The translations under genes were made by a program, and so were the position numbers. DNA of 64,000 nucleotides from an uncultured virus (IMG/VR IMGVR_UViG_3300047548_000908) (Duplodnaviria; Heunggongvirae; Uroviricota; Caudoviricetes), in the IMG/VR virus record IMGVR_UViG_3300047548_000908, positions 62,001 through 126,000 of that record; one strand, given 5' to 3'. The notes under the pieces were generated by a model. That model did no database searches. It was not told where the DNA came from and saw nothing but the letters and a program-made list of their open reading frames with translations. Shown piece after piece: positions 27,197-36,620 of this stretch; the stretch's first letter is position 1, and every line of letters starts with the position of its first letter.

Positions 27197-30100
27197 TCAA
27201 TGGAACATTAGATAACTGTCAATCACATCTTTGCGATTAGCAGCCCTGTCTCCTGCACCTGGTTGCACTATTACATTCCACTTTGGAACATTACTAGGTG
27301 GAATAGAAAGCATTTCATCATAAGATATAATCGTATTTACATCCACATCGTACTTATCTGCTAGACGCTGCTTAAATAAATCTAATGCTTCTTGGTTCTT
27401 GAATTGAGTCCTGCCTTGTTCATCTTTGATAAGCTTTGTTCCTTCCCTAGCGATCAAGTCAAAGAACATACTTTTAGGAACAGTGATTCCCTGTTTCACT
27501 ACATTACCTTGCTTCTTATGAAACTCAATCTTCTTAACTTCAGATGACTTTGATCCACTGCTAAAATTAATAATGAAGTTATCTGGTTTGTCGTCAGTGG
27601 CTACGTCTGCGATTTTAGTGTAAGCATAGAATTCAACCGCTGGATTCTTTTTTGCTACTTCGTATGCCATATTCAAGTATTCTTTACTGAAGAAGTCACC
27701 TGCATCGTGCCAACGAACTACCAACTTTATTCCTTTCTTATCCATCTTCTTTTTGATATCATGAATTTCTTGATTTACCATATTCATGTATCCTTCAGGA
27801 TCATTTACTAAAAAGTTTAAAGCTTGTGCTGCACTCATACTAGAATTAGGGAACATAATGTATCCTCCTTTTCTAGCGTAACAAAACAATTGACACTCGC
27901 CTGCTTTTGGACAAGTAGTTATTTCTACAAACTCACCGGTCTCTTCATCAATTACAAGCCCTTTCAATGCAGGGAGAGTTAGATCATATATGATCTCTCC
28001 TTCCTTCGCAGATTTCTTCATCTTGGCGTTTGTCCCTAGGATAGAAGATGGTCTCTTAGTAATCTTATTGGCCAAGTCTTCCAAATCCCACACATCTTCG
28101 CCGTCGTCGCTTTTTGTTATTTTTACATTACTTGCATGTATAATAGGGCCAGTCACTTTTTCTTTCTTTGACTTCGTTCCCTTCATAGTGCGATCAACGT
28201 AACCATAGATTTCTTCGTGCCCTAGTCTACGATGAGGTGCGTTAAGGCCGATTGCTTCATCGACAACCTTAGTGATTGGCTTTACCTGAAATCCGCCTAG
28301 TGTTTTTTCATTTAGCTTAGACTGTACCTCTCTATCTTTGGGTCGATTGCCAAGTTCACGATCTTTTGCTTCTTTATAATCAATGAAGTCTCTTCCTAGT
28401 TTTTTAGCTAAGATTTGCTCTTCGTCTAACGCAGCTTCAGATACTGACTTTGATGAACTTTTTTTCTTTTTTACGCAATTGTTTACTCTTACTCCACCTT
28501 TAATTTTAGTGCCAGATTTTCTGTACCCTTTCCAACATTTTGGATCTAGTCTTTGTTTAATCTTTTTTGCTTCTGCGACCTCACTCTCTTTTAGAGTGAG
28601 TCCCTCTGACATATTCGTCAAACTTTTCCTAACTGCTCTAGCAACGTCTTGAGCTAGCGCAGTCGGGTCACCTTCACCATAATTTAATACACTAGTGATT
28701 GCAGCTTGAATAACTCTATCACCTGCTTTTCTAGCTAAGTTGGGATAGGATTGTTCAAATGCTGTATAGATTTCGTCAGCACGGGTTTCGTCATCTTCAT
28801 TTACAAACTTTTTGCTTGTTCTAATTCCACCAAAGATACTACCTTTTCCTTTTGTTCTAGAATGAGTAACGCCAATTGGAAATGCCATTGGTGCAACGCT
28901 ACTTGCAGATGTCATTTCGGTTAACCATCCCAAGTCTCTATTACTATCCCATGCTCCGATTCTTATTCCATTTTCATTTAGAGCTTCATACTTCCCTGAT
29001 TTTACATGAGAAATCTTTCCCTCTAGTACTTTTACTGCCGACACCCAAACTTTTTGATCAGTAAATTTTTTCTTTGATTCTAGGAACGTACTGCTTCTCC
29101 CAAACTTTGGTGCTTGACTATCTGCGCCATATGGATTACTTGCAGGAGTGACTACGCTTTCTGTTTTTCTGCTAGCTTTCATTTCACTTAACCCCATGTT
29201 TTTCTTCGCAATATCCATTAGCTGTTTTATCCATTCTGAGTCAAGTTTCTTTGCACCAAAGTCTCCGCTGTTATACGCTTTTTGCCATGCTGCAAATTGT
29301 TGCTCAGGTGAAGCATTTGGGTCTTTTAGTATGTTTCTCAAATATGTCCCACTGACCCCTGTTCCTCCCTTTTCAGACTCTCTTGGAGTAACATAAGGCA
29401 TTGCTTTAACATGCTCGTATCCAGCAAACTTATTGACTGCTCTCATCAGAGACTTGCTCCAGTTAGCTGCCATACTCTCACGATCAGTACCAACTGTTAT
29501 GATAACATTATCAAATCTAGGAGGCTGACCGGGTCTAGGATTTATAAGTTCGTGTTTAATTTTTTGTAATAGGTTGCCACCCTCTTGAGTTACAGTTGAA
29601 ATATTGTTTGCATATTGAGGGTACAACTTTTGCCATGTTTGTACTTTGACGCTAGGTGGAATAGGATCATCTTTTCCTTCTGCTGGTCCAATGAACATGA
29701 AGGGTTCTCCACCGACTTCGTTTGCTTTGTCAATTGCATACTTAAACAGTTGTTGATGTCCAACATGACCTATTGCGCTACCTACTGCAACTACTGCTGT
29801 CTTGTTCGATCTTGGCCCAGAGGAAACTGGAGTAGCTTTCTTTGCAGCCATAATATCCTTCATTTCTTGGCTAGTTACCTTTAACACCATTCCACTAGGC
29901 ATGTTGATAACTAAACCTTCTATGACTTTGCCGAGTTGATCTTTTCCTTTGATAGCAGGGCTATTTATAATTGCATCTGATACTTGTTTCTTTGCAGACG
30001 ATAAGAATTTTCTAACCTGTTCCTTTTCTGGAGTCAATCCCTTTGTCTTTAACGTCGCAGTAATCTCGTTTTCATTTTCTAATACTTTATCAACTATAGG

Positions 30101-31906
30101 ACCTAACTGAACTCCCTTTTGTTTCAAAGCATTGTTCACTACTTTTATATTGGGACTGCTCAGTGAAAGTAACTTTTTCTTTATCTCCATTCCATCAGGT
30201 CTATCTTCACCTGTGCTGAATGATTTGATAAAGATAGGAACGAGGGTCATTACTTTTCCTAACTTCTTTGGATCGTATGTGATGTTAACAAACTTGTATC
30301 CGCCATCAGATTTCTGAGCCATTGCGTTGAACATCATCTCTGCTTGAACAATAGTATCGGATGGAAGACTTTTCACAAGATCGCTAGTTAGGATAATCTT
30401 CAATGCCTTGTCATAGTTCTTTGTGAATTCTAAACGCTCTGCATCTTGACCTACGCTGATTCCGTATTTTTCAAAATCACCATAGTTCTCAATATACTTA
30501 GGCTCTGTTACCCTCGAAGTCATGAAGAAAGGTTTTCCAGACTCATCTTTTCCAAAGCGAATTCCTGCACCATCTGCTTTTAAGTTAATTTGAACATTGT
30601 CTAATGTTCCACCATTCTCTGCGATTTCTTTGCAGAATGCAATAAAATCAAGGTCTTGTATTTCTGTACTTGAACCTGGATTGTATATATGCTGAACACC
30701 CTTTCTCTTAAAGTTCGGCTTAATTGTGGCCTCTCTTAAAGACTCAGTTGGAGTCATCTTATAGTTATCTTTGTATTGCTTTATCATAGGAAGCAAGTCG
30801 CTTGGTTTTTCTAGACCTAGCACTTCCATTGCCTTGTTGATAGCTACGGTCTTTTCTGTTATGTCACGATCGGGATCATTCTTGTAAATACCTTGTGCAC
30901 CAGGTCCTACTGTTTTTTCTAAAAATGTTCTAAAAACAGTCTCCTTTTCTTCCTGTGATAAAACAGAACTCATAATTTCAAGTAACCCAACAAAAGACCA
31001 AAGCTTATTAGAAACTTTCTTTAGACTTGCAGGAGACAATCTTTTTCCAAACAGACTTAAAAATATTTTGCCTACATTTTGTTCGTAGCCTGCCGCAGGT
31101 GCAGCAGACATAACTGGAAGACCATCTTTTACTAATGGCGTATTTCCATCCATAACTGGAACATATTTTATTCTTAATCCGCCCCCTTCTTTGGAGGAAA
31201 CTGCAAACGAAAACATATTGTCTACAGTGGGTACATCCTCTTCTTTTCTTTTCTTCCCTTTGCCTACCATTTTTCTCAAAAGAAATTCTCTTTTGGTTAA
31301 TGAGGCTAATGACTGAATTAAGAATTTATGGAAAACTCCTTTGATAGAGTTTTGCATATCGTCCCAAGAAGAAGAGTGAGAAAATCTTGACCATTCAGTA
31401 GGAAGACCTTGATCGAAAGATACAAACTCAAAATCGATTTGAATAGTTATCGGTAAATCTTCAAATCTCCAAAGACTTGAGTACTGTTCATTACCACGCT
31501 GATATCCAATGAATATAGCTGGTCCAACTTGTTTACCTTTAACGTCATTGAGGAATGCAGCGAGTGTGGTTTCTTTCTCTTTATCAACCATTGTGTCGAT
31601 ATCACCGACCTTTGGTTTTACTTTAGTAAAAGTCTCATCAGAGATATTCACATCATTAAAGAAGTGCAATGATGATCCACTTAGGAACGTTCTATTCTTT
31701 AGTAAGGTGGGTTCCCATAGATTTGAGCCTGCATGTTGTCTGTATGCTTTGTCGATGCTCAATAGCAAGGTATTCAAAAGGGGAACCATAAAGCTTCTTT
31801 TGTGAACTAGCAGATTGATTTGTTCAGCTTCATGTCCATCTAGTGATAGATTTCCTCCCTCCATTATAGGGGTGCGTATTCTAGTAGAAAGTTCAAATAT
31901 TTTCAT
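27197..31906 (-). CDS. 1569-aa multidomain protein: Pol-beta NTase-like, ATP-dependent ligase-like, HxGH nucleotidyltransferase, short modules, gp88-like Fe-S domain
   Basis: SGSS...GDID...QIDF; NLKADG, QAEM, IEGLV, LKV; GHVGH...VSGTYLR; CWKGY...NCV; TCPKAGECQLFCYA, RWHDAGDF, YAYTK. Confidence 0.7.
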   Translation of the reverse strand: MKIFELSTRIRTPIMEGGNLSLDGHEAEQINLLVHKRSFMVPLLNTLLLSIDKAYRQHAGSNLWEPTLLKNRTFLSGSSLHFFNDVNISDETFTKVKPKVGDIDTMVDKEKETTLAAFLNDVKGKQVGPAIFIGYQRGNEQYSSLWRFEDLPITIQIDFEFVSFDQGLPTEWSRFSHSSSWDDMQNSIKGVFHKFLIQSLASLTKREFLLRKMVGKGKKRKEEDVPTVDNMFSFAVSSKEGGGLRIKYVPVMDGNTPLVKDGLPVMSAAPAAGYEQNVGKIFLSLFGKRLSPASLKKVSNKLWSFVGLLEIMSSVLSQEEKETVFRTFLEKTVGPGAQGIYKNDPDRDITEKTVAINKAMEVLGLEKPSDLLPMIKQYKDNYKMTPTESLREATIKPNFKRKGVQHIYNPGSSTEIQDLDFIAFCKEIAENGGTLDNVQINLKADGAGIRFGKDESGKPFFMTSRVTEPKYIENYGDFEKYGISVGQDAERLEFTKNYDKALKIILTSDLVKSLPSDTIVQAEMMFNAMAQKSDGGYKFVNITYDPKKLGKVMTLVPIFIKSFSTGEDRPDGMEIKKKLLSLSSPNIKVVNNALKQKGVQLGPIVDKVLENENEITATLKTKGLTPEKEQVRKFLSSAKKQVSDAIINSPAIKGKDQLGKVIEGLVINMPSGMVLKVTSQEMKDIMAAKKATPVSSGPRSNKTAVVAVGSAIGHVGHQQLFKYAIDKANEVGGEPFMFIGPAEGKDDPIPPSVKVQTWQKLYPQYANNISTVTQEGGNLLQKIKHELINPRPGQPPRFDNVIITVGTDRESMAANWSKSLMRAVNKFAGYEHVKAMPYVTPRESEKGGTGVSGTYLRNILKDPNASPEQQFAAWQKAYNSGDFGAKKLDSEWIKQLMDIAKKNMGLSEMKASRKTESVVTPASNPYGADSQAPKFGRSSTFLESKKKFTDQKVWVSAVKVLEGKISHVKSGKYEALNENGIRIGAWDSNRDLGWLTEMTSASSVAPMAFPIGVTHSRTKGKGSIFGGIRTSKKFVNEDDETRADEIYTAFEQSYPNLARKAGDRVIQAAITSVLNYGEGDPTALAQDVARAVRKSLTNMSEGLTLKESEVAEAKKIKQRLDPKCWKGYRKSGTKIKGGVRVNNCVKKKKSSSKSVSEAALDEEQILAKKLGRDFIDYKEAKDRELGNRPKDREVQSKLNEKTLGGFQVKPITKVVDEAIGLNAPHRRLGHEEIYGYVDRTMKGTKSKKEKVTGPIIHASNVKITKSDDGEDVWDLEDLANKITKRPSSILGTNAKMKKSAKEGEIIYDLTLPALKGLVIDEETGEFVEITTCPKAGECQLFCYARKGGYIMFPNSSMSAAQALNFLVNDPEGYMNMVNQEIHDIKKKMDKKGIKLVVRWHDAGDFFSKEYLNMAYEVAKKNPAVEFYAYTKIADVATDDKPDNFIINFSSGSKSSEVKKIEFHKKQGNVVKQGITVPKSMFFDLIAREGTKLIKDEQGRTQFKNQEALDLFKQRLADKYDVDVNTIISYDEMLSIPPSNVPKWNVIVQPGAGDRAANRKDVIDSYLMFH

Positions 31907-31966
31907 AGTTGTCTCAAGTGATGTTTATGTATTTAGCGAATTTACATTGAAGTCCAGTCTTCTCAA

Positions 31967-34900
31967 TTACCTGCGTAACAAAGTTTTCATATCATACCAA
32001 TTAGTATGGAATGCATAATATTCTCCGTTAATTAGAATTTCATGACCTGACTGCAAGGCTCGGTGCATTTTATCATTTCTAAGCCCATGTCGATCTATTA
32101 GTTCTTTTACGTCAATCGAACTCCAATCAATTTTCACGTTTGAGTTAACCCATCTCCAAAGATCCAACAGTATTGCTTTGGAATACTTACTTATAAACAT
32201 GCCATCAGTTTTGCTATTCAAATGAGAACCAGTGATGTCTACGATACTGTTAATTCTAGGTTCTAGCCAATCTTTGTTACTAGAATCCATACGATTGCCA
32301 CTTTCTAAAAATTGATGTACTTCTTCAATGAACATAATAGCTTTCTTTTTTTCTTCATCGGAAATAGAAAGTGCGTTTGACTGAATGTCTCTCTTCAATA
32401 ACCTAAGACATCTAAGAATCATACTCTTTCTTGCAGGTAAAGGTACACCCTTTTCCCCGGTAAGGAATGAATCCAGCCCGGGGTATTGAGAAACAAATTC
32501 TTCATAAAAGTCTTTATATTTCTCGCTCCATGTAAAGGTGAATCCGTTCTTAGGAAAAATGTAATATACATTGTCCTTTCCGTATATTTCTGCAAACGAA
32601 AAGCTTGAAGTGCAGTACAAAGAATTACCACGTAACGCTGTAAAACCAGCCGATTTTAGTACAGTATCAACGACAGTTTGTATTTCGACAGGTGTATCCA
32701 TTGGCTTTTTTCTAGGCTTCGTGTAGTCCCAAAACGCAACAGGTATGTTTTTCTCTAGTGCTCCTTTTATTCCTCGATATAAAAAGGTGTCACTAGATCC
32801 AAGCATTTTCAAAAATTCACTGCATTCAGTTCGTATAAGTTCCGCTGGATCAACATCTTCGGGAATGGGAACTAAAGTCAATTTAGGAGCCTCATCCTCT
32901 TCTCTTAGCAGAGGGGGAACACCGTTCCTCTTAATCTTTGAACCTAACTTAGCTGCATTCTTCTGCATTGTGTCTGGTTTTATATCCACAGTCAGAGCAG
33001 TTTTAAATCTTGGATCGTTGGCTTCTTTTTTGCTTGGAATGTATCCTGACGCTGATTCATTAACACTACGAGGTATCAACAACTCGGGCATTCTATAGTC
33101 ATCTACATTAGCTTGGTCGTACGGCTTAAGAGACTTCTTATACTTCAATGCTGCTGCTTCTTTTTCTTCGTCAGTTTTTGCTCTGTAGAACTTATTAGCA
33201 AATACCATATCTCCCACTAATGTGCCAGGAACAATTTCTACCTTAGCTGGTTTATAGTATCGTAGTTTTTCTGGATCTTTACCTGTGAGGCTATAAAATG
33301 TTGATATCCATTTGTCAGGGTGTAGCGCAAAAGTATGAGTTTTTCTTTCTGGAACTAACTCTGCAAGTGGATCGTTACCTTTGAAAAACTTAGGTAATTT
33401 TTGTAAGTGTGTAGCTGTTTTTTCTTCATTAACTTGGCCTTCGTGTTCACCTCGGATTGCTCTGTCTACATAGTCACTTGATACTTCTTGTTCAAGGTCT
33501 ATTTGAACCCCTAATTTTTTTGCCAATTTAATAATTGCATTTCGTGCCGATTGGTCTTTGTAGATCGCAGAAAGACTTCTTTGCCCTTCATCATATTCAT
33601 CCCAGTCTTGCATTAATGGGATAACATTGGGTATCTTTTTTAGTTCATTGAAGAGGTGTTGTTGAAGTTCGGCATCCGTAGCATCGGGGAAGTTTGGATT
33701 AACACATACAAATTCTATTTCTTTGTAGCTTGTTTTACTTTCACTCAGTTGCTGATAGTCATGCGTCTCATATTCCACTAAGATGCTTTCTAATAAATCA
33801 GAAACTACTTTGATATTTGATGGAGGTATCCTAGAAGTGATTGCGATTTCATAGTCTGCTCCATCGATTGTTTTAACTGGTAGACCAAATGTACTGATTG
33901 CTAGCAATGCGAGTTCTTCATTTTCTTCTAGTTCGTCCCCTAGCCAATTCATTAATGCATCGTGTACTGAATCCTTATCCTTAAAGCAGTAGATTGCAGG
34001 AGTGTCTTCTCCTATTTTTTTCGATCTATCACCGATCTTAGGAATTAATCCCCTAGCCAAAATAGGATTCAGATTTTTCTTCAGAGTGACATGATAAACA
34101 GTTTTTGGAATACCAGTTGATTCTTCAAGATTGGCTTTGTTCAATTTAGTGTAATAGTTAGGATCTTCCTTAAGGTGATCCAATGCAATTTGCATAGCAA
34201 TCTTTTTGTCATAAGTATGCTCTAATTCTACTTGAATGCCTTTTTTTAATTGTGCTTTTATTTGCTGAACAGTTACTTTATGTCGTTTGGCAAGTTGATC
34301 AACAGACAAAGTTTTTTTGTTTAACGGTGATGATTCTGGTAAACTTAGTCGTATATCGTGTAGATCATTTTTTGTTTGATGTAGTTTATCAATGACACCT
34401 TGTGTTCTAAGCACTTTGAATGCAAGATTTTCAGGACCAAACTCACCGTGTTTGTCTAATCCAGCTTGGCGATATCTCTTTATAACTCTGAGTAGTTCAT
34501 CTATCTTCTTTTCATCTTTGGCTTTGATTGCAGCATCTGCGATATCTGCGAGCTTTTCATACTTTAACCTTGCTGCGGTTTCATCTACACCTGATCTTCT
34601 TTTCTTTGGTATGTGCAACCATTTATCATGCAAAACACTATACTCACCTAAACTAATTACAGGCTCAGCCGCATCCTGTACATATAATTCAACTTCGTAC
34701 CCTCGAATGAATATGTCATGATATTCGTTGTACAGATTCTTTTTCTCTTTGAATAGCTCTTTATAAATTTCATCATTGGAAAGTTTTGTCATATCCACTA
34801 GGATATGCAAATCGATGTCACTATGCTTAGTGTAGGAGTAAGCTGCATTTGATCCAGATATAGTTATATCTTCGATATCTAAATCAGAAATACCCAAATA

Positions 34901-35044
34901 TTCTATGAAGTCTTCAGCAATGAGTAACAGTCTATCTCTTACTTCTGCCCGTAGCTCTTCGTTTTTAAACAATGCAGGATTTAGCTCATCATGAAATTTG
35001 ATCGCATCATCAAGTCGAAATTTATCTAGTTCAGTTAGTTTCAT
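31967..35044 (-). CDS. 1025-aa multidomain protein: Pol-beta NTase, small helical domain, H-Y-E ART-like, unknown modules, R-S-E ART-like
   Basis: ISGSNA...SDIDLH; GIQVELEHT...IALDHL; YHVT...GLIP...AIYCF; LYRG...RGNSLYCTS...GHEILING. Confidence 0.68.
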   Translation of the reverse strand: MKLTELDKFRLDDAIKFHDELNPALFKNEELRAEVRDRLLLIAEDFIEYLGISDLDIEDITISGSNAAYSYTKHSDIDLHILVDMTKLSNDEIYKELFKEKKNLYNEYHDIFIRGYEVELYVQDAAEPVISLGEYSVLHDKWLHIPKKRRSGVDETAARLKYEKLADIADAAIKAKDEKKIDELLRVIKRYRQAGLDKHGEFGPENLAFKVLRTQGVIDKLHQTKNDLHDIRLSLPESSPLNKKTLSVDQLAKRHKVTVQQIKAQLKKGIQVELEHTYDKKIAMQIALDHLKEDPNYYTKLNKANLEESTGIPKTVYHVTLKKNLNPILARGLIPKIGDRSKKIGEDTPAIYCFKDKDSVHDALMNWLGDELEENEELALLAISTFGLPVKTIDGADYEIAITSRIPPSNIKVVSDLLESILVEYETHDYQQLSESKTSYKEIEFVCVNPNFPDATDAELQQHLFNELKKIPNVIPLMQDWDEYDEGQRSLSAIYKDQSARNAIIKLAKKLGVQIDLEQEVSSDYVDRAIRGEHEGQVNEEKTATHLQKLPKFFKGNDPLAELVPERKTHTFALHPDKWISTFYSLTGKDPEKLRYYKPAKVEIVPGTLVGDMVFANKFYRAKTDEEKEAAALKYKKSLKPYDQANVDDYRMPELLIPRSVNESASGYIPSKKEANDPRFKTALTVDIKPDTMQKNAAKLGSKIKRNGVPPLLREEDEAPKLTLVPIPEDVDPAELIRTECSEFLKMLGSSDTFLYRGIKGALEKNIPVAFWDYTKPRKKPMDTPVEIQTVVDTVLKSAGFTALRGNSLYCTSSFSFAEIYGKDNVYYIFPKNGFTFTWSEKYKDFYEEFVSQYPGLDSFLTGEKGVPLPARKSMILRCLRLLKRDIQSNALSISDEEKKKAIMFIEEVHQFLESGNRMDSSNKDWLEPRINSIVDITGSHLNSKTDGMFISKYSKAILLDLWRWVNSNVKIDWSSIDVKELIDRHGLRNDKMHRALQSGHEILINGEYYAFHTNWYDMKTLLRR

Positions 35045-35074
35045 TGTTCATACCATTTTATAGAATATTTATGC

Positions 35075-35105
35075 AAAAAAGGCTACTTGAGTTAAGTAGC
35101 CTTTT
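35075..35105. terminator. intrinsic terminator
   Basis: aaaaaaggctactt-gagtt-aagtagcctttt. Confidence 0.8.
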
Positions 35106-35123
35106 GAGTTAAGCGAGTAAGAA

Positions 35124-36017
35124 TTAAGACTTCTTAACTTTTGCGTTTTTGTGTGGTTTTTCTTCCTCTGCCGTATCAACAACTTGAACCTGAGCTTGAT
35201 TTTGATTTCGAAGTTCCTCTACATACATTGGACCTATTGTATTCATCAAGTGCTGTTGATTCTCCATACAGAAAGTATACGTTCCCGTATGTCGTAGAAG
35301 CACTCGCTTATCTACATAAATTTTGCCACCTAAATCACGCCAGTTTTCACAGAAGGTCCAATCTTCAGAATAATATCTCGCTTGACGAACTGCGGTATCG
35401 AAGTAAGTTTTTAAATACTTATCAAACTTTGGATCAAGTCCAATGTCATTCTTGTAAGGCTTTACCGCTGGATGCGCGTTTAGTTTGTCAAACACATGAC
35501 GTTTCATCAGTAAGAATCCAGTGCCTGCTTTACTAACTTCCTGCAACCCATCTGGTCCTTCTTCTGCTCCATCAAAGCCGTTTACTACCCAGCGAATGGG
35601 CATAGTTTTCATGGGATACAAACCACCAATTACATCTTTATCGTGATTTAGCAGAACCAGTAAATGCCAAGGTTCCCAGCCAATATCTGCATCGACAAAG
35701 AATAAATGAGTAGCATCGGTGTTATCTAAAAACTTTGCAGTCAATGTATTTCTGGCCCTGCTAATCAGAGACTCATTGGTCATCGTCTCCAAAGTCCAAT
35801 CAATTCCAAGTTGTCTTGCAGTGTTTGCCCACTTAATAAAACTCATGAAAGTAGATTCTGTAAGCATACCACCGTAACATGGCATTGCAATATGAACTCT
35901 AGTAGTTCTTAAATAATCAACGTTCACTTGTACTTGATTTTGTGGTTGAGCTTCTTGTTCAGGAGCAGCTTGAGTTGGTTCTACCTGAGTGGATTGTTCT
36001 TCGTTTGGTGTTGTCAT
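35124..36017 (-). CDS. GT-A fold glycosyltransferase-like protein
   Basis: IAMPCYGG, SLISRARN, FVDAD (DxD), GTGFLL, SEDWTFC. Confidence 0.8.
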   Translation of the reverse strand: MTTPNEEQSTQVEPTQAAPEQEAQPQNQVQVNVDYLRTTRVHIAMPCYGGMLTESTFMSFIKWANTARQLGIDWTLETMTNESLISRARNTLTAKFLDNTDATHLFFVDADIGWEPWHLLVLLNHDKDVIGGLYPMKTMPIRWVVNGFDGAEEGPDGLQEVSKAGTGFLLMKRHVFDKLNAHPAVKPYKNDIGLDPKFDKYLKTYFDTAVRQARYYSEDWTFCENWRDLGGKIYVDKRVLLRHTGTYTFCMENQQHLMNTIGPMYVEELRNQNQAQVQVVDTAEEEKPHKNAKVKKS

Positions 36018-36060
36018 AGTTTCCTCTAAGATTTATGATACTATTTAAGAGGAAACTATG
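36015..36060 (-). promoter_or_regulatory. RBS- and AUG-sequestering hairpin with a late promoter in the loop
   Basis: catagtttcctct (36015-36027) / agaggaaactatg (36048-36060); TAAATA at 36042-36047. Confidence 0.8.
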
Positions 36061-36075
36061 TGTGTGATTTTTTTC

Positions 36076-36423
36076 TTAGTAACTAATTTTGATACTGTGG
36101 ATTAAACCTGAAGTCATTCCCACCATTTTTGCTCTAACCCAAACATAATTGCCGTAAAGGTTAGCAAAACTGTTTTGTGTCAATGACGAACAGGGCAAGG
36201 TCATTATAGTGAACCAATCTGTGTCATTGGAAGATGGATCATCTGCCAGTGAAGCTTGAATCGTTATCAGCCCTGTTACGTTAGTTAAGTTCCAAGTAAT
36301 AGTTTGAAGATTGTTGCCACTTACATAATAAGAAGCGGCAGGTTGTTTAGTTCCTATATGATTGGGGTTATCCCCTTCATATGCAACCTGCGAAAATAAT
36401 GGGATTACAGTTGGCTGAGACAT
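36076..36423 (-). CDS. hypothetical beta-rich protein, possibly structural
   Basis: 115-aa ORF in a late-promoter unit. Confidence 0.65.
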   Translation of the reverse strand: MSQPTVIPLFSQVAYEGDNPNHIGTKQPAASYYVSGNNLQTITWNLTNVTGLITIQASLADDPSSNDTDWFTIMTLPCSSLTQNSFANLYGNYVWVRAKMVGMTSGLIHSIKISY

Positions 36424-36599
36424 TAGTGCGTGCCTGCGTCAACAGCCTCAACTACTACGCCATCACCTATTAGTTCTTCTACTACCTGTTCTATTGAAGA
36501 TAACAAGGCTTCGTTAATAACACTTTCTTTAGAAGAGGTGTGTTCTTTTTCTAGTCTACTAATAGAAACTATAATGTTTTCAGTTACAATCTTGGCCAT
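36423..36599 (-). CDS. small hypothetical protein (58 aa)
   Basis: Not in track; MAKIVTENIIVSISRLEKEH...GDGVVVEAVDAGTH; GGAG RBS and TAAATA at 36618-36623. Confidence 0.7.
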   Translation of the reverse strand: MAKIVTENIIVSISRLEKEHTSSKESVINEALLSSIEQVVEELIGDGVVVEAVDAGTH

Positions 36600-36620
36600 A
36601 AAAACTCCGTATAAGAGTAT

